64,000 nucleotides of DNA from a virus. Its lineage: Duplodnaviria; Caudoviricetes. Position 1 is the stretch's first letter. The number at the start of each line of letters is the position of its first letter. The position numbers and the translations under genes are program-made. The stretch lies in the IMG/VR virus record IMGVR_UViG_3300011008_000999; one strand, written 5' to 3'. The notes under the pieces were generated by a model. It saw only the letters and a program-made list of their open reading frames with translations. It was not told the DNA's origin and ran no database searches. Below, piece by piece: positions 28,251-36,650 of the stretch.

Positions 28251-28924
28251 TTCTTTTTACCTCTTCTTAAATTTTCTTTTCTTGACGGTCTAGCTGCTAT
28301 ATGATTAAATTTAGGCTGATATGATTCTATCATAGCCTGTTCAGCGTATGTCAATAACTCATTAAACTCAAATTCATCCTTAAGTTTAGGTAATTTGAAT
28401 AAAGTCTTATATGATAAATCTGGCAAATTATAATTCTTAGCCATCTCATAATACTTAAATTCTACCTTATGAGGCATCTTACTAATAGAGATTCTTTGCT
28501 TATGAAGTTTAGTTCCCTGAATCTGGAATTTAGCTTTCTTAAAATTCTCTTTATGTTGTTTGATTCTCATAGAAATATTGACGCTCTGACCTACATATAA
28601 ACAAGTAGATCCACAAAAGATTCCATAGATTCCAGCGGTATTAGAAATTCTATGCTGAAACTGTGACTGGTATCTACGATTAAGATGAGTTAATCTTTTC
28701 CTATAAGGATATAAGAAATGATCTTTAGTTATCTTATCTCCAAATCTATCTTTGTTATCTTTTACAAGATATATTGCTGTTTTCAATTCTAAACATTTCA
28801 GACATTGTCGATTAATAAACCAAGTCTTGCCGTGTATTTTACAAGTATCTTTGTATTTGGTGTCTTTATGATCCCAACATACAACATACTTACCACTGTT
28901 GCATCCACATACTTTACATTTCAT
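28247..28924 (-). CDS. GIY-YIG nuclease with N-terminal Cys/His motifs
   Basis: GIYGIF...LYVGQS.N...R...H...AEQ..I. Confidence 0.8.
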   Translation of the reverse strand: MKCKVCGCNSGKYVVCWDHKDTKYKDTCKIHGKTWFINRQCLKCLELKTAIYLVKDNKDRFGDKITKDHFLYPYRKRLTHLNRRYQSQFQHRISNTAGIYGIFCGSTCLYVGQSVNISMRIKQHKENFKKAKFQIQGTKLHKQRISISKMPHKVEFKYYEMAKNYNLPDLSYKTLFKLPKLKDEFEFNELLTYAEQAMIESYQPKFNHIAARPSRKENLRRGKKK

Positions 28925-28939
28925 TAGGCACCCTCCTTA

Positions 28940-29224
28940 CTAGAAAATATATAACGACTTCTTTACCTCTGGCCATGCAGCTTTTAAGTGTTTTTCTATT
29001 TCTGGTAAGTTAGACTTAGAACAATAATAATCTGTATATGTAGCAGTAATTCCATTTCCACCTAAATACAGTGCTAAATTAAGATCAGATTTTTCTGTAG
29101 TAAAATATTGCCATGTACTATCCCACGTCTTGTCACTTAATTCTCTGTAAATCAATAAAGAATGGTTCCTATATAATTGATATCCATGCTTTTTGACACC
29201 ACTATATTGATCAAATAATCCCAT
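28940..29224 (-). CDS. hypothetical protein
   Basis: ORF with SD. Confidence 0.65.
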   Translation of the reverse strand: MGLFDQYSGVKKHGYQLYRNHSLLIYRELSDKTWDSTWQYFTTEKSDLNLALYLGGNGITATYTDYYCSKSNLPEIEKHLKAAWPEVKKSLYIF

Positions 29225-29244
29225 TGTCTAACTTCCCTCTTTCG

Positions 29245-29445
29245 TTACTTATTTTCCTCTAGTTTTTTGAGTGCACTTTGATACACCTGTGGAATGTACT
29301 CATAAATCATCCCTTTATCATTACATACTTGTACACCAGTAATACTACTAATAGTCTGACAAAACTTCTTGATACGCTCTATATCCTGAGATTTAGGTCT
29401 AAAGCGATCATCAAATAATGCTTCACGTTCCTCTTGTATATTCAT
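29245..29445 (-). CDS. hypothetical protein
   Basis: ORF with GAGG SD. Confidence 0.6.
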   Translation of the reverse strand: MNIQEEREALFDDRFRPKSQDIERIKKFCQTISSITGVQVCNDKGMIYEYIPQVYQSALKKLEENK

Positions 29446-29534
29446 TGGTTTACCTCTCCTTTATATAGATTTGACTTTCGTCAATTATTTTCAAATTCAA
29501 AGAGGGCCTAACTTAATAGACCCTCTAAATAGTA

Positions 29535-30434
29535 TTACTCTTCTTCAGTCTGAACTACAGCCTGAACTGGTTCGGATTCATCAATAGTACTACTATCTAC
29601 AATAACAAACTGTCTAGGTTCATATAACTCAGGATGTTTCTTTCTATGCTTGTACATCATCTTTCTAAATACTTTATAGAATAAACATACATTAAAGAAG
29701 AATACCCAAGCAATAAATAAAAGAACTAATATAATCTGAACACTTTCTCCAAATGCATCCCAAAATGATCTAAGTGCATCTCCTACACCTATAAAGAATT
29801 TCTCAAATGCATTAAAATCAGTATAATAATTAAGCTGAACATTTATATCTGCATATTTAAGTCTCTGCTCAAGTTCTGTTCTAGAAATAGTATCATAATC
29901 ATAATAGTCTGGATCATAATCGACTATTTTCTTACCTTCATAATTAGTAATTCTCTGTGTATATGTAGTTACTTCTAAGTTATTCTGTTTGCAAATCTCG
30001 TCTAACTTATCGATAACTTCATCTACATAGGCTTTATTAACCTGAATAGTAAATGATAATCTTCCAGAAGTTTTATATAAATCACTATAATATCTTCTAT
30101 CTTTATCATAAACATTGTATGAATTATTGACATCCTCAATGTAACCATCTCTGTCTTTTACAAAAGCTTGAATGTCTTCATAATCCTTAAGCATTTCATT
30201 TTTAGACTTTTTATGTTCTCCACTTGCATAGAAGGTATAACTATAATCTGCATAGCTACTATCTATATAAGTAGAACTATAATCCATATCATAATCATCT
30301 AACATAAAACTTGCTTCGCTACTATTAGTTATAGCATCACCTAATCCTTTAGATGAATAACTGTTACCACATCCTGTTAACATACTTACAGTAAGAACTC
30401 CAAGTAATGCTAAACAACCTAATTTTTTTCTCAT
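29535..30434 (-). CDS. lipoprotein with C-terminal TM (DUF4349-like)
   Basis: lipobox LTGC, GYIE...SGRLSFTI, C-terminal hydrophobic segment. Confidence 0.6.
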   Translation of the reverse strand: MRKKLGCLALLGVLTVSMLTGCGNSYSSKGLGDAITNSSEASFMLDDYDMDYSSTYIDSSYADYSYTFYASGEHKKSKNEMLKDYEDIQAFVKDRDGYIEDVNNSYNVYDKDRRYYSDLYKTSGRLSFTIQVNKAYVDEVIDKLDEICKQNNLEVTTYTQRITNYEGKKIVDYDPDYYDYDTISRTELEQRLKYADINVQLNYYTDFNAFEKFFIGVGDALRSFWDAFGESVQIILVLLFIAWVFFFNVCLFYKVFRKMMYKHRKKHPELYEPRQFVIVDSSTIDESEPVQAVVQTEEE

Positions 30435-30446
30435 GACTTAGTCTCC

Positions 30447-31118
30447 TTACTCTGTTATTGTTATGTAACTCGTTGCAGTTGCTCCATCAGTTGATGTCCA
30501 ATAAACTGGAAATGTTCCAAGTCCAGTAATTGCACTAGGATCACACATGACAGTTCCTGAACTTGCATCTACTGCACTTTTAAGCGCCACTTCAATTGCA
30601 TCATTTCCTCCGCTCATAGACGCACTTACATCATGTACTTTAATATAAGGTGTAGTTTTAGGTGATTCGGTTTTTTCACCGCTATTGTTATTTCCACTAT
30701 TATTATCAGAATTTCCATTGTTATTAGATGGTTTTGTTGTAGTTTGCTGAGTTTGTGGTTCAGTATTTTTAGATGTTTCTTCAGTATCTTTAACAGTCTC
30801 TTTCTCTGCTGCTTGTTGTTCAGCTTCAAGCTCAGCTAATTTTTCATCGAGACTTGCTTCTACATCTGTCATAGCTTGATTATAAATCTCGTCATAGAGT
30901 TCTTTTCTTACTTCTTCTTTGACCTCTTCACGAAGCTCTGCTTTAATAGTTTCTACATTAGTAGTAGCAACTTCAGTAGTTTCTTCTAAAGGATTAGTCG
31001 CAACTTGTGTAGTATCTTGTTTATGTGATTTTGAACCAATATAGTAACCAGTAAAACCAACTAAAATCATACATACAACGGCTGCTATACAAAGAAGAAT
31101 AATTGTCGTCTTTTTCAT
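30447..31118 (-). CDS. membrane-anchored protein with C-terminal Ig-like domain
   Basis: N-terminal TM, coiled coil, low-complexity linker, GTFPVYWTSTDG motif shared with neighbours. Confidence 0.7.
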   Translation of the reverse strand: MKKTTIILLCIAAVVCMILVGFTGYYIGSKSHKQDTTQVATNPLEETTEVATTNVETIKAELREEVKEEVRKELYDEIYNQAMTDVEASLDEKLAELEAEQQAAEKETVKDTEETSKNTEPQTQQTTTKPSNNNGNSDNNSGNNNSGEKTESPKTTPYIKVHDVSASMSGGNDAIEVALKSAVDASSGTVMCDPSAITGLGTFPVYWTSTDGATATSYITITE

Positions 31119-31131
31119 GTGATATTCCTCC

Positions 31132-32427
31132 TTATTCAGTTAAATATACAGTTTGATCACAGGATAAACCATTTTCTGCTTCCCAATGAATAGAATATGT
31201 ACCAGGTCCATCAGGCTGAAATGATATAAATGGCCCAGACGTCATTTGTGCTTTTACTCCATCGTAATTATAATAGTGCACATTATTTGCTGCTCGTATT
31301 ACAAAAGCTTGACCAAATGGTCCATCTGTAGAAACAGACCATGTAAATGCATCAGCAACTATTTGAGGATTTCTACCTGTATGTGTACCATCTTCATTAG
31401 TTGGTGTATTTTGCCAATCTTCCGCTCTCCATTCATCATCTCTAGAATGATCATTATAATCAATCTGATCATTTGTTACACCAGGATCATTTGCACTACC
31501 ATTACCACCTCCACCAGGTTTATTATTGTTATCATGTTCAGTTTGTGCAATCTGCTGAATTTTATCATCAAATTTTCTTGCAACATCTGTAGTATTGCCA
31601 GAATCTTCAGCTAAATCAACGTCATTAAGCTTAATATTACCATCAGCTAATTCAGCTATCTGAGTGTCAGTTAATGTTACTACATATAACGGTAAAATTA
31701 GTTCAGTCTTGTTACCAGATTCATCAGCAAATGTATAAATGCATTCTCTATACTCTATAGAATTTCCTACCCAATCTGGTTTATCTGGATATGTAATAGT
31801 AACATCAGAATAATTATCTGAATAGTCTAATATGAAATCTTTTACATTCCAACTAAGTGTACCATAATATTCTGAAGTTGTTGTATGATTTCGAACTATA
31901 TACATTGGTTTATACTGACCATCTATACTTTTCTTTAATTCTTCTTGAGTAATAGGATCTTTTAATCTAGCAACTGGTGCGACAAAATCAATTACATTTA
32001 CGGTAAGTGCAATTTGTTTCTTATTAGCACTATTACTAGAATAATATGTAACTAAATAAGATCCAATAACTTCTGTATTTACTTCACCTTCAATTGAGTA
32101 TGTGTATACTGAATTATCTGGATTCATAAATGCTTCATATTCTTTTGTATTTACCTCATCAATAAATTTTTCAGCACTAAAATCAAATTGATAAGGAATA
32201 TCTACTGAAAATCCATCATCAGTTTTATTTACGTATTTTAACACTAATTGAGGATTTACAAACATGTCATATAAATAATCTCTAAAAACAAAGCCTGAAG
32301 TACAAGCAATTATAATAAGAGAAATTATTGTTGCAAGTGCAATTTTAGGCAAAGGATTGATGTGAACCTCTTTACCTAAAGTAATATCAGCAGTACCAGC
32401 GTATCGCCATGTCATTACTTTACTCAT
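31132..32427 (-). CDS. membrane-anchored Ig-like repeat (DUF5011/HYR-like) protein
   Basis: TM, GEVNTEVIGSYLVTY...VNVIDFVAP, ADESGN. Confidence 0.75.
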   Translation of the reverse strand: MSKVMTWRYAGTADITLGKEVHINPLPKIALATIISLIIIACTSGFVFRDYLYDMFVNPQLVLKYVNKTDDGFSVDIPYQFDFSAEKFIDEVNTKEYEAFMNPDNSVYTYSIEGEVNTEVIGSYLVTYYSSNSANKKQIALTVNVIDFVAPVARLKDPITQEELKKSIDGQYKPMYIVRNHTTTSEYYGTLSWNVKDFILDYSDNYSDVTITYPDKPDWVGNSIEYRECIYTFADESGNKTELILPLYVVTLTDTQIAELADGNIKLNDVDLAEDSGNTTDVARKFDDKIQQIAQTEHDNNNKPGGGGNGSANDPGVTNDQIDYNDHSRDDEWRAEDWQNTPTNEDGTHTGRNPQIVADAFTWSVSTDGPFGQAFVIRAANNVHYYNYDGVKAQMTSGPFISFQPDGPGTYSIHWEAENGLSCDQTVYLTE

Positions 32428-32452
32428 GACAGCTCATCATCTCCTTTCGTCT

Positions 32453-33535
32453 TTAATCTCCCCACATTCCAGTACCATCATCATATATATTAACACCGCT
32501 ACCTCCATTAGTGTTTTGATTATTATTAGCGTCATTATTAGTAGGTTGAGTTTGTGTAGGAGTAGTATTCTGATTATTATTTCCACTGGGCTTAGCAGTA
32601 GAAATTTTGGTATCAGGATGCTCCTTATTAAATTCATTTACAAGTGGTTGTAATTCAGCTAAGTCATTATTTAATGTAGTTACTATAATATTTTCATCAA
32701 ATGTTATAACTAATTCAACACTTGCAGAATCTTTAAGAGCGTTTTCTCGATTCTCTGCCACAATATATTCAATTCTATAATTACGAACTGGTTCAATATG
32801 TAATGGTAAAATATCTTCTTTATATTTTGTATCAGCTGTAATATGATTATCTACCCATTCAGATAGATCATCTGATTTTAGATCATTTAACCAAGATATG
32901 TCTTTATACATATTTCTAATATCAGATAATGAAATTTCTGCACCGTCGTCATCATAGATAGTCCAACTAGTAGATACATCATAGTAGTTATCACTTACAT
33001 TTTTAATGTAGCTGTCTGGACTAAATGTTTTTATAGCTTCATCTGTACAGGCTATAGTTTCAACATTTTTAGTAAGTTCAATTAAAGGTTTTTCATTATC
33101 AGATATTCTAATTGTTACCGGAATTTCTTGCGAATTTATTCTATTTGAGGATCTATATACAATAGTATATTCACCACAAACATCTGTATTGACATCTCCT
33201 TCTATATCACATTTATATCGTGAATTTTCAGATATAAATTTGTCATATCTAAGAGTTCTATTTTCATCAATATATGCATACTTGTCAAATTTAGAATTTA
33301 CTTCTATATCGATAAAATAAGTTCCATTTTCAGATTTTACTAAATTGTTTAGTTCAATATGAGGATTAAATATTACATCATATAGATAATTTCTGAGAAG
33401 GAAGCCAGCCATACAAGCAACTGCAATTAAGCCTATAATAGAAAATAAAATAATTTTAGGGGCTTTACTCTCCTTAATTTCACCAAACACAATGTCTGGT
33501 TTGCCCTTATATTTCCACTTCATTACTTTACTCAT
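32453..33535 (-). CDS. membrane-anchored Ig-like repeat protein (paralogue)
   Basis: TM, GDVNTDVCGEYTIVY...ISDNEKP, VSDNY. Confidence 0.75.
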   Translation of the reverse strand: MSKVMKWKYKGKPDIVFGEIKESKAPKIILFSIIGLIAVACMAGFLLRNYLYDVIFNPHIELNNLVKSENGTYFIDIEVNSKFDKYAYIDENRTLRYDKFISENSRYKCDIEGDVNTDVCGEYTIVYRSSNRINSQEIPVTIRISDNEKPLIELTKNVETIACTDEAIKTFSPDSYIKNVSDNYYDVSTSWTIYDDDGAEISLSDIRNMYKDISWLNDLKSDDLSEWVDNHITADTKYKEDILPLHIEPVRNYRIEYIVAENRENALKDSASVELVITFDENIIVTTLNNDLAELQPLVNEFNKEHPDTKISTAKPSGNNNQNTTPTQTQPTNNDANNNQNTNGGSGVNIYDDGTGMWGD

Positions 33536-33578
33536 ATTGTTTAGCTTCCTTTCAGAAATTCATAGTATTTCCTCTTTC

Positions 33579-34736
33579 TTATTTAGATTCTTCTTCAGTA
33601 GTTTCAGTTTCTTCTGTTGTTTCTTCAGATGGCTCTTCTGTATTTTCTGTAGGTAGTTCACCTTCTACAATAATAGTCTGAGTACATGTTTGTCCATCTG
33701 TAGTAAACCAAACTACATGATAAGTGCCTGGTTCTGTAACAGGTTCGGTAATAAATGCTCCAGAGACTGGATATAACACAACTTCTCCATAGTAAGTTAC
33801 ATTATTCATTGCACTTTTAACAAATTCAGAAGGATCATTAGAAAGAGACCAAGTAAAGTCTTTTGCACTCATTTCAGGTATAACCACTATTTCTGGTTCA
33901 CCTTCTTTTTGTTTCCAGTTACCTACGAGAATATTAAGTTCTCTTTCCATTTCTGCAATACGTTCTTTTTGAGCGTCTGCAATAGCATCATATTTATCCA
34001 TAACAATAATTGGAAGAATAGTGACACTAGAATTTCCAGCTTTATCTACTGCTGTATAGATAACTTCGAAGTTTTTAGTTCCAGTTCCGTCTTCAAGATC
34101 TATATCTTGACCTGTATTTTCAAGTTTAATATTTTTTTCTTCGTCAAAGTCGTCAGTAACTTCTAGAATATATTTGTTTGCATTAAAGTCTAAAGTACCT
34201 AATGACGAACCTTCATTATGAACACCTCTTACTAAAACGATTGGATCATATTCACCACCTTCATTAAGAGTAGCATCTAATTTAATTACAGGTGCAGTAA
34301 GATCTTTTACATGGACTAATACTTGTACACTTCTCTTATTCATTTTATTTGCAGATGAATAAGTAAGAGTATAGTCACCAAGAGTATTAGTATCTACTGA
34401 ACCTTCAATAGAATAAGTATAATCCTTATTGTTAGGATCCATAAAGTCGTTATATTTAAGTGTGTTATTTTCATCAATATAATTTTCTGGTTTAAAGTCA
34501 TATCTATACGGAATATTTAGATAGTAACCAGCTTCACTGTAATTTGCATATACATTTACTTGTGGATTATAAACAACGTCATAAATGTAATCTCTTAAAA
34601 TGAAGCCAGCGCCGCATAGAGTTAAAATAACGAAAGCCGATATTATTGCTATGATAGTAGGCAAAGGGCTATTCGCTTTGGCGCCGAATGACTCGGATGC
34701 ACGACCCTTATAATACCATTCTTGTATTTGACTCAT
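33579..34736 (-). CDS. membrane-anchored Ig-like repeat protein (paralogue); true start MSQIQEW at 34736
   Basis: GAGGAG SD, ATGA overlap, GSVDTNTLGDYTLTY...VKDLTAP, AVDKAGN. Confidence 0.75.
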   Translation of the reverse strand: MSQIQEWYYKGRASESFGAKANSPLPTIIAIISAFVILTLCGAGFILRDYIYDVVYNPQVNVYANYSEAGYYLNIPYRYDFKPENYIDENNTLKYNDFMDPNNKDYTYSIEGSVDTNTLGDYTLTYSSANKMNKRSVQVLVHVKDLTAPVIKLDATLNEGGEYDPIVLVRGVHNEGSSLGTLDFNANKYILEVTDDFDEEKNIKLENTGQDIDLEDGTGTKNFEVIYTAVDKAGNSSVTILPIIVMDKYDAIADAQKERIAEMERELNILVGNWKQKEGEPEIVVIPEMSAKDFTWSLSNDPSEFVKSAMNNVTYYGEVVLYPVSGAFITEPVTEPGTYHVVWFTTDGQTCTQTIIVEGELPTENTEEPSEETTEETETTEEESK

Positions 34737-35608
34737 ACAACTCCTCTTCCTTTCAAGAATATTAGTGCAATTAAACCTATGTCTATTGCTAAAACTACTA
34801 TATCTAATATAGTATTTATCAATCCACCAGTAGTGCAAGTTACTAAGAAATGACATTTATACCAACAATGTCCGCCAATTGGAATTGGCCACAATAAAGG
34901 CACTCCACCGTCTGCGAAGAAATCCTCCAGACAGTGAAATAAATAGCCAAAACCTATACATAGACCTAAGATCCTTAAATGATTATAATCTAATGTAAAT
35001 GTATAGATCAGAACAAGTACTGGAAGAATATAACTAATTAGTTTAGGCAGTTTGAACCATTTTACTAATCTATATAAGATCATATCACTACCACAAAGAA
35101 CTGCCATAAAGAGAACTATAATGAAGAATAAAATTGCTACATTATTTTGTAAGAATCTGCCAAATGTTTCTTCTCGTATTCCACCAAAAATTGTTGTTTC
35201 TCCAGTAGGCATTCCAAACCAAAATAGACATATTATTCCTGCACTCGCAACTAATGTGTGCCAAAAATATCTATGTGGAGTCATCGGCATTCTTTCTCTT
35301 CTTGTATGAACTAATGTCCATATAACAGAGCTTGTAGACTGCATAAAAATAGTAATGATGCTTCCCATGAATCCTAATGTGGATCCAGCAGAACTAGAAC
35401 AGTTATCTAGGTCAGGAAGTAGGGCACCACCTACTAAAACTGTTAAGCCTACAATAAAGAATAAGATGTTATCTTTCAATAGCCAAAGAGTTTCTTCGAA
35501 GACATTTACAGGAATAAGCAAACAAATGCATAGGAACATTACGCTTAGGAGAGCGTGAGTTTTTCCCATCCAACCATATACGTTGGAATTCACTATAAAT
35601 TTTCTCAT
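34733..35608 (-). CDS. membrane-bound metal-dependent hydrolase (YdjM-like)
   Basis: MGKTH, LLPDLD, HRYFWHTL, H-x-x-ED, GVPLLWP. Confidence 0.8.
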   Translation of the reverse strand: MRKFIVNSNVYGWMGKTHALLSVMFLCICLLIPVNVFEETLWLLKDNILFFIVGLTVLVGGALLPDLDNCSSSAGSTLGFMGSIITIFMQSTSSVIWTLVHTRRERMPMTPHRYFWHTLVASAGIICLFWFGMPTGETTIFGGIREETFGRFLQNNVAILFFIIVLFMAVLCGSDMILYRLVKWFKLPKLISYILPVLVLIYTFTLDYNHLRILGLCIGFGYLFHCLEDFFADGGVPLLWPIPIGGHCWYKCHFLVTCTTGGLINTILDIVVLAIDIGLIALIFLKGRGVV

Positions 35609-36561
35609 TTTTTAATTTTCCCTTCGATTTCTTGTTTGAACTGTATAATATCTTGATTATTCCAAAGCACTATATAATTCAAATTATACTTAATTGCGCT
35701 ATTATGTTTTAATACGTCACTATTTGACCAAACTTTAACTGCAGCTTTATACTGTTTATGCCCTAATTTAGCTTTTTCTTGCCATTTACATAATTTAGCT
35801 ACATCATTTGGATTATTTTCATTAAACCAATGGAAACCATGCATCCAATATAAATTAAGTTCAATAAACATATCTGATGATTTTATATAAAAATTACACA
35901 TATACGGATATCTGTTATCAGATGAATAATTTCTAAATACATCTTGTTTATCAAATATAGTTAACAACCATTCATAAAAATCATTTTCTGGTTTAGACGT
36001 ACTTAATGTACCATTTTGTCGTTTAATTTCTCTTACTTTATAATAAAAGCCATCTTTTTCTGTTTGAGATCTATTTAACATATACTCTCTAGTAGATTTA
36101 CTAATTTTATTACGTACTTCTTGTAATTTAACTGGTTCTTCTACACCATATTTTTCTAAATTATTTTTATGTCTAGTGTTAATAACTCTATCAGATATTT
36201 CTTTAGATTTTTGACAATTATCTACACCATAATGTTTTATTAAGGTTTGTTTCATTTTATTTTTAACTATATCTGATTGATTTGAACTTTCAACTCCATA
36301 TCTTTTCAAACATGTAGATTTAATTTTATCTTGTGTAGTTTTATCTAATTGTGCATGACTAATACAACAATGATTTTGATAACCTTTAAACAAACCATAA
36401 AAAGGTGTTTCATTATTGCATGTATCTAACTTACATATTCCTTCGTTATCAGTTCTTATATATAAATCATAATATTGTTTAGCTGATAAATTATGTTTAT
36501 GTAAATGAGATCCCATACCTCTAGAAGTTGTTGCATTAAAGCCACATATTGCACAAATCAT
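35605..36561 (-). CDS. homing endonuclease of the same Vsr-like family (CDFY changed to CNFY)
   Basis: CAIC..H..H, YGV repeats, RYPYMCNFYIKSSDMFIELN..WMH. Confidence 0.75.
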   Translation of the reverse strand: MICAICGFNATTSRGMGSHLHKHNLSAKQYYDLYIRTDNEGICKLDTCNNETPFYGLFKGYQNHCCISHAQLDKTTQDKIKSTCLKRYGVESSNQSDIVKNKMKQTLIKHYGVDNCQKSKEISDRVINTRHKNNLEKYGVEEPVKLQEVRNKISKSTREYMLNRSQTEKDGFYYKVREIKRQNGTLSTSKPENDFYEWLLTIFDKQDVFRNYSSDNRYPYMCNFYIKSSDMFIELNLYWMHGFHWFNENNPNDVAKLCKWQEKAKLGHKQYKAAVKVWSNSDVLKHNSAIKYNLNYIVLWNNQDIIQFKQEIEGKIKK

Positions 36562-36595
36562 TTCTACACCTCCATTGTCTTAATTTCCTTTCTTA

Positions 36596-36640
36596 TAAAA
36601 TAGATAGGCGGCCATATAAAGAACTATATGACCGCCATCT
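36596..36640 (-). terminator. terminator-like hairpin
   Basis: GGCGGCCATATA...TATATGACCGCC. Confidence 0.65.
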
Positions 36641-36650
36641 TATAATAGTT

